A stretch of DNA of 61,460 nt, counting the filler. It is 10 parts of 10 records of this genome, joined end to end, with 100 filler letters (N's around TTAATTAATTAA, not from the genome) between each part and the next. Parts side by side here need not be neighbours in the genome. Positions count along the whole stretch, not along the records: positions 1 to 4,961 come from SRR7504441_6949; positions 5,062 to 9,954 come from SRR7504441_6950; positions 10,055 to 17,148 come from SRR7504441_6951; 7 more parts are not named here. One strand, given 5' to 3'. Of this stretch, positions 1 through 10,965 are shown in pieces. Within the stretch, counting starts at the first letter, position 1, and each line of letters begins with the position of its first letter. The translations under genes were made by a program, and so were the position numbers. Under the pieces are notes generated by a model. It saw only the letters and a list, made by a program, of their open reading frames with translations. It had not been told where the DNA came from and made no database searches.

Positions 1-2040
1 AATGCTGCTGAACCCTGCCAGTGCACCGCAGGGCTTAGCACCCACATCGAGCAGGGAAGGTCGTGAATAGAAATTTTGAAATATGAAAAGTGACACAGTA
101 TGTCACAATTGGCCACCTCAGTGGCCTCGACGTTCAGTCGCGTCTCGTCGCCAATTGGAACTACGACAGTTCTGTCCTTGACATACACCTGGCCATACAA
201 TTCAGTCACAGCACAGTCAGATTCCGTCAGTTGCCTTGGTCTGGCGCGAGGGCTTATCTGCATAAAGGCCCGCCCAGTCGGCCAAGCTCCAGCCGCGAAG
301 CAACAGCACAGCCTCGACACATAAGAAGTCTGCAATTGAGTCTCCAACCGCCTGCAAGCTGAGCTGGCCACTGCCACTGGCTTGTTGCACTGACCTGGTT
401 GAGCAGTTTGGCGCAGCCCAAGATCCGGTGCAGTGCGGTCTCTCGTTTGCTCAACCTTGTGCTGCATTCAGGATGTGGCCGGGGATCAGGGGGCACCGGA
501 GTCCCGCCTCTTGCAGTTGCCCCAGGTTGGCCACTACCAGCTCTACCACCTGCGACCGCTGGTCCACAGCGCGACTGGTGGGGCACCCAGTCCTTGATGA
601 TGGCCGTGCCATGCCCATTGGCTTCAAAGTACACCCCTGCACAGTAGTTGTAAGTCTAGTGCGCTAGGCCTCAAGGTACAAGCCACATGCTACTACCCAA
701 CCCCTCGCCCGAAACCTAATCCTACTGACCGATGTCGAACTCCTCGGCAGCATGGTGGCAATACTTGACCCCTGTTTTGGCATACACGCACCTGGTCAAA
801 ACACGATATGAGCCCCCCTCTCCGGCGGCACATACGCAATGCCCTTGCTTGTTACGTAGTCGTATGCAGCTCCATTTGCGTACGCTGTCTGGACAATTCC
901 TAGCTGGACCTTGTCCGCCAGCCCAGCAAGCTGCACTTGCTCGCTCAAGAAATCCGCGATCAGCACTGCAATCTTGTCGCCGTCGAACAGAACGAAATCC
1001 GGCTCGTTTGAGAAATAGACAATCCGATCAGCGTCCCCGTCAAAGCTGGCTGCCCGTGCCACGCACGGCGCATTGGCTGGAGCCAGCCGCTTCTTCTGTG
1101 CAAACTCGGCCCCACAGCCCACATTCAGCGCTGCAGGGTCTTCGAGGGGGCTGGCATTGAACGGTAGCAGATCGAGCCCTGTGAGCTCAGCAATCTGCCC
1201 TACGTGCAGCGCGCCGACTCCGTTGGCGCAGTCGATATGCAGCGGGCCAGCCTTGTGAGTTGGAGTGTCTCCGAGCACTTGGAAGAAGCCTTCGGCCAGT
1301 TTGTGGTAGTAGCCATCAACGGAGGCCCAGGCTGCCTCACCCCTCCCATGCGAGTAGACCACATGGTGCAGCTGAGGGGTAGTCACCACGCCGATTTCGC
1401 AGACCTTGCCCCCGACTGCCTCTATCCCGGCCACGCACAGCTGCTTGAGGCGGTCAGACGACTCTCGGGTGTCCCATCCGAGGACAACAAGCCCGCCGCA
1501 AGGGGTGAGTCCACGGAGGGCGGTGATGATGCCCTCTGCCTGGGCTATCCTCAGAAGAGTCTCCACTGGATGGGGCGAGTTGGCCAGCTCAGTGCAGTAC
1601 GGCTCCCAGGCCCCGTCGAGCATCCCGCCGGACGGGTCGGCCAACTTCATCCCGTTGTCTTCCGGCGGGTTGTGGCTGGCGGTCACCATGATTCCCACCG
1701 CCCCGGCGCTGCGGGCCGCCCTGAGGACCGCCAGCATGCCCATGCGCAGGCAGGTACTCTCCAGCCGGTCTGCCCTGTCGCGGAACCCCGCGGTGCCGTA
1801 CGCCAAGGCGCGGCCCTCGGGCAGGGGCACTGAGTCAGCCAGTTCGAACACTCGGGCCAGGTCCACAGCGCCCGAATGGGCTGGCTGCGCGGGACGCGCG
1901 GTTTTCGCAGTCGGCCTGGTGCTGGGCGCCGGGCGGGTTTGCTCGAGTCGATCGATCGCGGACATGATGCGGTCAATCTCATCCATTTGCACGGCCATAC
2001 CGAGGAATCCTGCGGCGGACCGGCTTTGTCCGTTGGACAT
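1..2040 (-). CDS. PGM3: Phosphoacetylglucosamine mutase (PGM3/AGM1), intron-containing, 3' end runs off the window; start at 2040 or 1998
   Basis: Motifs YGTAGFR, TASHNP, DCANGVG, SFDGDADR, QTAYANG, YFEANGHGT and spliced NQ|AVGDSIAD...RQTK|VYVKDR. Confidence 0.95.
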
Positions 2041-2104
2041 TCACTGATCAGGCGGGGTGCTTACAGCACAGCACTGGGCGGGCCCGGTGGTGCTCACGAG
2101 CGGC

Positions 2105-3226
2105 ATGCTGAACAAGGTGCGCCCGGCCCGCGGCCAGCCCAATCACCTGCCGCGGACAGTGCTGCCCCTGGCTCTTCCCCCCAGCCAAGAGCGCCGCTGA
2201 GGCCGAGCAGTCCGAGGGCCTGATCTCCGCAGACCCGCAGGCCAGCCCCTGCCAGTCGCCAGCCTGACCCGGCGGGCGCAGGCGGGCTCAGGATCGCCAG
2301 GCCAGGCACACAGCCAGGCCCGGGTGATCCGAGTTTACCGTTGGACAGGACGATCAGGCCGCGCATGAGGAGTCAGGCGCGCCTGTCTCTGAATTCAAGT
2401 GCCCGGGCACTGGTGCTAGGGCGGGACGGAGGGCAGGGAGGAGATGGAGCAGCTGAGCAACATCGTGGCGCTCATGCTCGCCGAGGCCGTGTTCGCTTAC
2501 GAAAACTCGTTCGAGATCAAGGTAAGCTGCTTATTGTTAGGGCGCGGCTAACGGACACTGCAGCTGAGCGACCAGTTTGCGATGATGTTCGACATGCAGG
2601 CAAGCCGCTGGGATTCCAGCACTGACGGCTGGGCAGCTCTCCTTCTCGTTCGACTCTCTAAAGGCTAATTGATAATACGGCGCCTGTCGAACTGTTGGCA
2701 GGAGGCTGAGAAGCAGCTGATGAACGCGCTCTCCGAGATTTTCGACAATGAGGTGGGCACCGGACAGTATGCGCTGACAGGGGCGCAGGCGGCCAGCAAG
2801 TGGTTCTTCGAGCAGCTGGACCACCACATGCTCGACTATGTCAACTCGCTCACGCCGCCCCAAAAGTACCCGTGCCTGCTTGACGGCAGCTCACTCTCGG
2901 AATAGATGGGAGTACAAGGCCCGGTCCGGGCTGGGCCGGCCCGAGAAGATTGGCGTGGTGACGTCTGGCGGTGCGTCGAAGCACCGGCAGCTGGGCTGAG
3001 CTTGTGGGCAGTGGGCGCGCCTGCTAGGACCAGCGAAGACTCGGTTCAAATTACTGTCCAATACTGGGATCACACGTGCGGGCGAGGCGGGCCGTTCAAG
3101 TGCCGCGATGCCCGGCGGCGGAGTGAGGAGTTGGGCAGGTATGAAGTTCAGCTAATGCGGTTTGGGGTAGTGTCGGGCCGGTCCGACGACGTGGCTCTCA
3201 TGAAAAAGAAGAAGGATATCCAGTAA
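2105..3226 (+). CDS. Small multi-exon hypothetical protein; C-terminus weakly resembles a dynein-light-chain-like fold
   Basis: Hand-spliced exons from ~2444 give MEQLSNIVALMLAEAVFAYENSFEIK|LSDQFAMMFDMQ|LSFSFDSLK|EAEKQL...KKKKDIQ*; 5' exons uncertain. Confidence 0.55.
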
Positions 3227-3465
3227 CCAGCCGACCGGATGATGTGTGCATACAATGCGAACATACTAATCGATCGTATGCATGCATGAATGCCGGCATT
3301 TGTACATATTTAAAATGTTAGCTGGGAGGTTATAATCTCAAACCGGCCGAATATTATTTATACGGTTATGCTGACAATCATTGCCTCAGGCATTCAGTTG
3401 GCATCGCAGTGTTCATCAGCCTCAAGCAGTCACAGTTCGCCAGCGTTAATCGATCCCGCTGCACA

Positions 3466-4961
3466 ATGCCGGCAAGCCCTCGCCTGCCCCCCAAGGTCTG
3501 AGTGTGTTGCAGATCCAGCACCCGACGGACGATGACCACATCTTCACCGAGTACACGATCGGACCGTACACCATCGAGACCTACGGCGACGTGGACTCGG
3601 TCTGGGAGAACCTGTGCGAGAAGCACGGCTACGCCGAGGTGGTCGACCAGAACGAGCTCATGATGGAGCTGCCCTGGTGCAAGGGGGTGATGAAGCCCGA
3701 CGAGCGCCACCCCCGCCCGCCGTTTGACCCGCACCCGCAAGAGCTCGACTTCTCGGCCCCGCACGGGCTGGTCTCGCCCGAGCAGGACACGATCGAGTGG
3801 GTGGAGAACTACCAATCCAAGGCCGAGTACCCGAGCATGCTGTTCGCCGGGATGACCTACTACGGGTTCGGGGCGCGCAGCTGCAAGTCCGACGGGTCGT
3901 GGACGGTGGGCCAGATTAAGGTGATGCTCTCGGAGATCTTCAAGGGCCTGGAGAACCCGGGCGATGACGATCCTGAACAGTTTGATATCATTGTGGGCAA
4001 CCGGTGCAGAGCCAACCACGAGCGCATTCGCGACATCTTCCCGAAGATCCACGACGAGGGCCTGCACTGCCAGATGTCGATTTTCCCGCGGTTCAAGACC
4101 AAGCGCGGGTACTGGATGACAACGCTGCACAACGCGCACCGGTTTGATCCCGAAGACATCATGGTGCGGGCTTTCTGCGAGGGGGGGGGGGGGTGATCCA
4201 GGTCATAGGTGGAGTTAGAGAAAATCAAGGCCAAGGAGCGCGAGATTGAGGAGCGTGAGAAGCCGCAGACCAAGACTGGAGTGAGCGCTCCTAACAGCAA
4301 ATGATGATGGGGCAATGTGTGCAGGTGCTGTTCCCAGGCCAGGGTACTCAGACAGTCGGGATGGGCAAGCTGTTGGTGGACGGCCCGCATGGCGACGCCG
4401 CCAAGGAGGTCTATGAGAAGGCTTCGGCTGTGCTTGGGTATGACCTGCTCGACATTTGCCTGAATGGCCCCAAGGAGAAGCTGGACGAGACACAGTATTC
4501 ACAGCCAGCGGTGGTGGTGACCTCGCTTGCAGCGATGGCGGTGCACGAGAAGGACAATGAATTCCATGCGGCCATGATTGCCGGGTTCTCTCTGGGCGAG
4601 TATGCTGCACTCATCTATGCCGGTGCGATCGATTTTGAGGATGGCATGAAGCTGATCAAAATCCGGGGTGATGCGATGGACGAGGCCGCTAAGGCAACTA
4701 ACGGCGGGATGGTGAGCGTGATTGGACTTGCTGACGAGAAGATTGAGGAGCTGATCGCTGAAGCCAAGAAATCTACTGCGGGCTGTGCTGACGAGCCGAT
4801 CCAAATTGCCAACCACCTGTTCCCTGAGGGCCGCACGTTGAGTGGCAACAAGGATCTGTGCCAGTGGTTCGTAGACAATGCCAAGGGGCACGGAGCCAAA
4901 AATGCAAAAATGCTTCCAGTGGCGGGGGCCTTCCATTCTGGGTACATGTTGCCAGCCCAGG
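3466..4961 (+). CDS. Unknown N-terminal domain (partly ubiquitin-like) fused to malonyl-CoA:ACP transacylase (FabD/MCAT); 3' truncated by spacer
   Basis: Introns 3472-3512, 4164-4208 and 4281-4324 join the frames; MCAT motifs LFPGQG, TQYSQPA, GFSLGEY, RGDAM, GAFHS. Confidence 0.85.
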
Positions 4962-5061
4962 NNNNNNNNNNNNNNNNNNNNNNNNNNNNNNNNNNNNNNN
5001 NNNNNTTAATTAATTAANNNNNNNNNNNNNNNNNNNNNNNNNNNNNNNNNNNNNNNNNNNN
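4962..5061. other. Artificial contig spacer
   Basis: N-run / TTAATTAATTAA (stops in all six frames) / N-run. Confidence 0.98.
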
Positions 5062-5088
5062 TACGAGTACGAGTACGAGTACGAGTAC
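5062..5088. repeat. (TACGAG)n hexamer microsatellite at a contig end
   Basis: tacgagtacgagtacgagtacgagtac. Confidence 0.9.
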
Positions 5089-5203
5089 AGTCGGTGACGT
5101 CGACGGACTAGTAAGTCTTACAGTCTGCTAACAGTCTACCGGCGGTAGTCTGCCGGTTCAATGTACATGTCTACGTTGTTTAGCTATAGTTTATCTAATT
5201 CAT

Positions 5204-6179
5204 CTAATCGGGTTCCAACACTAGCTCTGCCAATTCCAAAAGCGGAGGCAGCTCGTCGTCCACATCCTCCTCGTGACCATCCAACTGATCGAGGCTCGCG
5301 TTCCCTGCGATGAACTCCCCAGAGACCGGGTCCAGCATGAACCCTCCGGCTGGGCCTAGCATCGCCCTTCTTATCTTGTGGTAGCCAGGCGCCCGCATGA
5401 GCTCGTCTCGCGCCGCTAAAACCACGCAGAAGAGAGCGCGGCACCGGCATTGCTCGTACCAGCCGCCTTCTGGCGTGCCGTACGGTTTTGTTTGGTGGAA
5501 CGCATCCCCTCGCACCAGCACCGCCTCCCCGGGCTTGTACCAGTACGTACGCTCGGGACCGAGCAGCTCTGGGTCGCCGGCACCGTACGCTTCTGGGTTC
5601 TCGTCCGCTCTCCAGCAGTGCAGCCCTGCTAGGCCGGGCGGGTGCGGGAGCGCGGGCGTGAGCAACGACACTATGTGCGGGCTCTGAAAGTCCGAGTGCA
5701 CCGTCGGGCGCCGGCTGGCTCTGCCCAGGATGTACTGGGCGTTGGATGCCACCCAGCGGCCGCCGAGCAACGGGCCCAGCCATTGCTCTACAGGACGGCT
5801 CAGCAGCTGGAGGCTCGCTCGGGAGGCCGGATTGAGGTAGCGGTTGTACTCGTCGGGCTGGCCGCCGCCCTGCGATGAGAGCCACAGCGCGCCCAGCTCC
5901 GGGCATTCGAGGCCGGTCCCTCGCCCGTCGTCAGTAAGGGCCCGATCGAGCAGCCGAACCAGCGGCCGGCAGAATCCAGTCGCCAGCCCGTCGGGCAGCT
6001 GCACCAGGGCAAAGCCGGTCCGGGAGAGGCACTCCGGGACTGGCTCGCTGCCAGCCGACGGCCCTGGGCCCGGATCGGCCTCCCCGATCGCCCCCTTCAG
6101 TCCCAGCAACACCACCGGCCCCCGGGCCGCGGCAAAGGGCAGCGTAAGTCCGTTGGAGCAGCGCAGCCCGGCACTGCAT
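5204..6179 (-). CDS. Putative 2OG-Fe(II) oxygenase-fold protein (start uncertain)
   Basis: HSD...FHQT...R spacing (VHSDF, GEAVLVRGDAFHQT, RALF) typical of double-stranded beta-helix dioxygenases. Confidence 0.55.
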
Positions 6180-6205
6180 TGCCAGGCGCTAGGTGAGACG
6201 GTAGC

Positions 6206-8200
6206 ATGTTCTCGCAGGGCGGCGGGGCGGCGCGGCGGGCGACCAAGCAGCCGCGGGATGGCTCGGTGGTCCAGAAGGACTGGGGGATGTACGACGAGAT
6301 CATCGAGCTGCTGCTGGCGGCCGGGTACTTCAGGGTTCGGATCGCCGGGCTGTCCGAGTTCGACAAAGTGATCGGCGGGCTGTGCTGGTGCATCACCAAC
6401 TCGCTCGAGGCGCTGGACGTCGACATCTTCTTCCAGGAGAATCCGTCGATCGGCCAGAAGATCCGGATCTCCGAGTCGGTCACAGGGGCGCTCCAGAAGA
6501 TGGAGTGCAAGTACACCCTCGAGCCGCACCAGATCCAGGGCGAGGACTTCCGGGGGATCTATCCCGTGATCCAGTGGCTGGTCAAGAAGGTGATGGCCGT
6601 CCGCCAGGCCTCCACTGCCCGGCTCTTTTCGGAGGCGCTTTTTCATAAGTCGCATCTGCACCCACTCGACGTCGAGCACGCCGACCGACAGGAGCAAGCC
6701 GCGCTGCCGTTCGTGCGGCGGCTCGAGTCGACGTTTGCCAAACCGGTCCGCCGGTTTCGTCGGACGGAGAAGATAGATTTTGCGAGTGAGGAGGCTCACG
6801 TGCAGTATGTGCTGCTGGAGTACGGCGACCTGAGCGTGGCAGGCGGGGCGGCAGGGGAGGGGCAGCAGCAGGAGCTGGCCGGGGGGCGGGCGGGGCTGAC
6901 CAGCCTGAAAGACGGGCTGACCAGCCTGAGCCTGAAGGGTGAGGAGGAGCAGGACGAGCAGGATGAGGAGGACGAGGAGGAGGAGAACCTGATCGACGAT
7001 GAGATGAGAGCAAAGTTGGCCGGGGCCAAGACCTCTGGCAAGGTCTCGGGCCGGGAGGTGGGCGGGCTGGTCCAGCAGGGCTCCGACGCCATCCGGCAAG
7101 CTGCGAGTGACTACGCGACCAGTCAGGAGGACGCTGAGCAGCTGCAGGCCAGACTAGCGGGCGGGCTGACAGAGGCTTTCCAACGGCAGCTGAGCTCTCT
7201 CCAGGGCCAGTGCGAAACGGCCGAGCTGCGTCACCAGAAGCTCGAGTCGGTGAACGAGGAGCTGCAGCGCGAGCTGAGCGAGCTGCTTGCTGAGCTGAAG
7301 CAGCATGGCGAGGACAACGAGCGGATGACTGCAGAGCTGGAGGAGATGGAGAAGCAGAAGACCCCGGAGAACATGGTGGACCTGGACCGGCTGCGGGCGC
7401 TGGTGGTACTCAACGAGGCGCTCAAGATGCAGGAGCAGAAGTTCAAGGAGAGCTGCAAGGTGTACGGCGTGCGTGCGCCGGTGCAAGCAGGGGGGCAGGC
7501 GCAGCGGGACTCGCTCGTGGCTAAGATCCAGTCAGACATGGGCGGGGACGAGGTGGACCGGGAGGAGCAGCAGCGGCTACAGCAGATAGAGGAGGTGTAC
7601 GCGAAGGACCTCGCAAAGTTCACCCGGGTGCCTACCCAGCCAGCTGATGGGCTGAGTGGTGGGCAGGTGCGGCAAATGCTGGCAAAGAAGAACCAGGAGG
7701 TGGCCTTCGTGCAGCGCCGGATCGAGGAAGTGCCCACCAGGACAGAGCTCACCCAGTACCAGCGGCGGTTTGTCGAACTCTATGAGCAGGTGGCCTCGAA
7801 GCTGGATGAGACCCGAAAGTACTTTGATACGTTCAACAATCTGCAGGTTTGGGGCGCCAGTCGGGCCGGGTTGAGCCCGCTGGGGCAGGATCGCAGGACC
7901 TTTTACGGGCAGGAGCTGGACCTGATGAATCAGATATACAATCAGTATGGCCAGATTGGTAACGACAAGGCCAAGAAGACAAACTACAATAAGCAGCTGG
8001 AGCAGATCAAGACTGGGATAGAGGGGAGTGTAGATAAGATCAAATTGAAAGTTGGCCAGCACGTGTCGGAGCGAGACACATTACACGGCCGGTACAATGC
8101 CTTGCAAGAGCGGCAGCGGGCCTACTTCAAGGCTTGCCGCGAGTTCCAAGAGGAGTGCGACAAGAACGAGTACTTGCTCTCCTTGGCTGAGCAACAATAG
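6206..8200 (+). CDS. CCDC93: Coiled-coil domain-containing protein 93 (CCC/Commander complex)
   Basis: LLLAAGYFRVRIAGLSEFDKVIGGLCWCI, LEPHQIQG, VPTRTELTQYQRRFVELY; three in-frame introns 7460-7498, 7628-7666, 7847-7888. Confidence 0.95.
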   Translation: MFSQGGGAARRATKQPRDGSVVQKDWGMYDEIIELLLAAGYFRVRIAGLSEFDKVIGGLCWCITNSLEALDVDIFFQENPSIGQKIRISESVTGALQKMECKYTLEPHQIQGEDFRGIYPVIQWLVKKVMAVRQASTARLFSEALFHKSHLHPLDVEHADRQEQAALPFVRRLESTFAKPVRRFRRTEKIDFASEEAHVQYVLLEYGDLSVAGGAAGEGQQQELAGGRAGLTSLKDGLTSLSLKGEEEQDEQDEEDEEEENLIDDEMRAKLAGAKTSGKVSGREVGGLVQQGSDAIRQAASDYATSQEDAEQLQARLAGGLTEAFQRQLSSLQGQCETAELRHQKLESVNEELQRELSELLAELKQHGEDNERMTAELEEMEKQKTPENMVDLDRLRALVVLNEALKMQEQKFKESCKVYGVRAPVQAGGQAQRDSLVAKIQSDMGGDEVDREEQQRLQQIEEVYAKDLAKFTRVPTQPADGLSGGQVRQMLAKKNQEVAFVQRRIEEVPTRTELTQYQRRFVELYEQVASKLDETRKYFDTFNNLQVWGASRAGLSPLGQDRRTFYGQELDLMNQIYNQYGQIGNDKAKKTNYNKQLEQIKTGIEGSVDKIKLKVGQHVSERDTLHGRYNALQERQRAYFKACREFQEECDKNEYLLSLAEQQ

Positions 8201-8542
8201 TAGTAACAATAGTACTGGTATTGACATAGAATTGAATGCCCAATAGTACATGTAATCAACATGATTGTAATCATGCATGTAATGACGATTGTACAGTAAC
8301 TGTTGCGGACCCCATTAATTTTGCATTTATTTTCATGTCCAGACTCGTGCGCGAGCTTTGGACTAGATGCATAAAATTATGAATGCATGATCATGCATAC
8401 GCCGGAGATCGAACGAAAGACCCACAGGTTGCAGCATAATTATACCCCACCGTGACCCCTCTCCCCATCAAAGAGATTGAATCGTCAATCTGCGGAGAGT
8501 ACACCCCTAGTACGGCACACCCCCCCAAGACCCCCGGGCGCA

Positions 8543-9954
8543 CTAAGCGCCGCACTTGGCCACAATCCCTGCCACTTGCTCCTCTGTCACGCCCGTGGCC
8601 GTGATGGCGTGGATGAATGAGCCCCCACAGCGGACAAACTGCGGACCGTACTTGAACGAGTTGTCAATGTGCAGCGTCAATCCCCAGTCGAAATCCGGGC
8701 ACGGTGCCTCGGCAGGAAAGGGGTAGCCTCCGTCCGCCTTTCTCGGAATGTCAATCGGCACGGGCTTGCGCTCGCCGCCCGTTGCGGTGATGTTCTCCTT
8801 GGTAATGGCCCGGTATGCGACCTCCGCCTTCTCGCTGGCAATGGAGCCGCCGGCGTCGTTGGTGGCGATGATGTTGTCGAAGGGAATCCCCATGGCTTCA
8901 GCAAAGGTCCCGACCCAGGCGGCCCACTGTTCCCCGGGGATGAGCCGCCAGGATGCAGTGTCGGTAGACACCACGACGCCCTTGGCTTGCAGGTCCTTGA
9001 TGGATTTCTTGATTGCGTCGATGCGCCCCTGACCACCGAACCAGTCCTTCCAGTTGGGATCCGCTTTCATCAGCGCCTTGGCAAGTTTCTTCATGTCGTC
9101 AGGAGTGAGCCCTTCTCCGCCCTCCTTCACTGTGGAGTTCACGATGGTCTTGGGGTCGGGGAAACCCTTCGGGGTCGGGTGCTCCTTGAACATGTCCTTG
9201 CCCTTCTCGTTCATGCAGGGCTTGCCTTTGGTGCATTTGCCGTTGAGTTGGAGGACGATGTTGTCGTTGAGCATCTCGGCCAGCTTGTCGCCCTGCTCCA
9301 TCGTCCCGTCAAAGTCGAAGAAGACATACTTCGGGCACTTGCCCTCGCCCTCGAATACGGGGCCACAGCCGGTTGTCTCCTTGCACGATTCCACGGTGCC
9401 GAGGTCCCCGTTCGTGCCGTCCGGCGTCCCCAGCCGCTTATTGTTGTACGTCTCCGCCTCCTTCATGATCTCCGTCTGGCCACATCGAAGGTGCCCTCTG
9501 CCGCAAGCAGCAGTTCCCTCCGCCTGGGCTTGAATGAGCTTGGTGGCCACCTTGGTGGTAATCTGGTCATCCTCTTGTGACCCAACCTCTGGTGCGACTG
9601 GTTCCACTGGTTCGACTGGTGCGACCTCTGGTGCCGCTGGCCTGAAGACGTTTGACCAAAAATTGTGAAAAGGATTCCAAATCGGAGCCTCGGCCCCTGC
9701 ATCTCTTTCCTGACTTTGAGTTCGGAGCTGGTTGGCCACGAGCTCGGACTTCGGAACGCGTTCCAGGGAGCGGGCGGTGGCAGGGCCACGGGTGGCGACG
9801 TCTGTGGCAGGCCTGGAGCCCAGGAACTGGCTGAGCTCGGCTGGCTTCGTCACATCTGCGGGTGAGGCCTCGATGAACTCATTGTCGGGGACCGCCAGGT
9901 AGTCGGCGCTGGTTGGGAGGGCGACGGTCAGGCCGGCGGCCACCGCGAGCGCGA
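8543..9954 (-). CDS. Probably secreted HAD-superfamily hydrolase-like protein, 5' truncated
   Basis: Hydrophobic N-terminus, VFFDFDGT (motif I), TAS (motif II), HIDNS (motif IV-like); single long ORF. Confidence 0.6.
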
Positions 9955-10054
9955 NNNNNNNNNNNNNNNNNNNNNNNNNNNNNNNNNNNNNNNNNNNNTT
10001 AATTAATTAANNNNNNNNNNNNNNNNNNNNNNNNNNNNNNNNNNNNNNNNNNNN
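9955..10054. other. Artificial contig spacer
   Basis: N-run / TTAATTAATTAA / N-run. Confidence 0.98.
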
Positions 10055-10754
10055 GGCGCTCAGCATCCAGCGGGTGTACCGAGGCTACCAGGCTCGCCGG
10101 CCGCACCTGTACGCTCGAATTAAGCGGCAGCTGCTTCTGGCCAATATGCAACTGGCCAAAGTGAATGCGCAGATGTCTAGCCTGAATGGCCAAAGTGAAG
10201 ATAGCCGCCCTGTCTATCTGGTACACCTTGAGGCTCGCATCAGGCTTGTATTTGCAAACCCGTTTGAGGCCGAGGCAGTCAGCAAGAGCGACATGCTTTG
10301 GACGATCTACGACGAGAACGAAACTGCCTGCACACAAGTCGCGACATTTGGTGTTAACAGCGGAGCTGACGGCGCCAACCTGGTTTGGAGCAGTCGCAAG
10401 AGTAACCGTGACAGTTGTCCTTCCAAAGGTCATACCTGGTTCCTTGAGCGTTCGTCGAATGAGAGTAACAGTTACATCATCAGGAGCGCAATGCATCCTG
10501 GCAAATGCCTTCACTTAAAAGACGGCAAGACCGCATCCAGAACGCGCGTGCATCTGTGGAGCATTCTTCGCGACACCGATCCCAACGTGGCCAACCAGCA
10601 GTGGCTCCTCGGCGAGTGTGAGATATCCGGGACGGTGAACTACCGGAGCTTTCATGAGATCCAAAGCAAAAAGGACCCGGCTTACAAATTGTCCTGTAAG
10701 CTTGTACCAAAAAAAGGGGGGGGATTCGTTCGGAGAATGAGCATACAAGCGTGA
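10055..10754 (+). CDS. 3' part of a protein with an IQ motif and a ricin-B-like lectin domain
   Basis: IQRVYRGYQARR; HPGKCLHL...VHLW...NQQW. Confidence 0.65.
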
Positions 10755-10965
10755 GCGCTCATTAGTCCTTGAGCTGGTCTTGCAGCGTGCACGCGAACGT
10801 GCGAATGCTCTCAGCGAGAGGGTCGGAGCGATTAATATTACTCGTACGAGTACTCGTATGTGTGCAACGGACAAAGCATGGTATTAAATATAAAGAGGCA
10901 TTATATATATCATTATTTCTCGCCATGAAATCACGCATGGTTGCAAAGCGCGTCCTCACGCCGCG

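Noticed and set aside
90-126. Two adjacent small hairpins (GTGACA..TGTCAC, GGCCAC..GTGGCC) near a longer PGM3 intron
   Set aside because: Stems are only 6 bp, no snoRNA boxes were recognised, and the window edge prevents assessment.
4181-4193. G13 run as a frameshift or phase-variation site
   Set aside because: It lies inside the inferred intron 4164-4208, so it has no coding effect.
5062-5088. (TACGAG)n as a telomere repeat
   Set aside because: Only about 4.5 units, and related words occur internally (10840, 36790); more likely a microsatellite that broke the assembly.
5204-7099. Long antisense or overlapping ORFs (also 8669-9580, 11542-12723, 18797-20077, 43263-44228)
   Set aside because: Shadow frames of GC-rich coding DNA with Arg/Pro/Ala/Gly-biased translations; only the 5204-6179 part looks genuinely coding.
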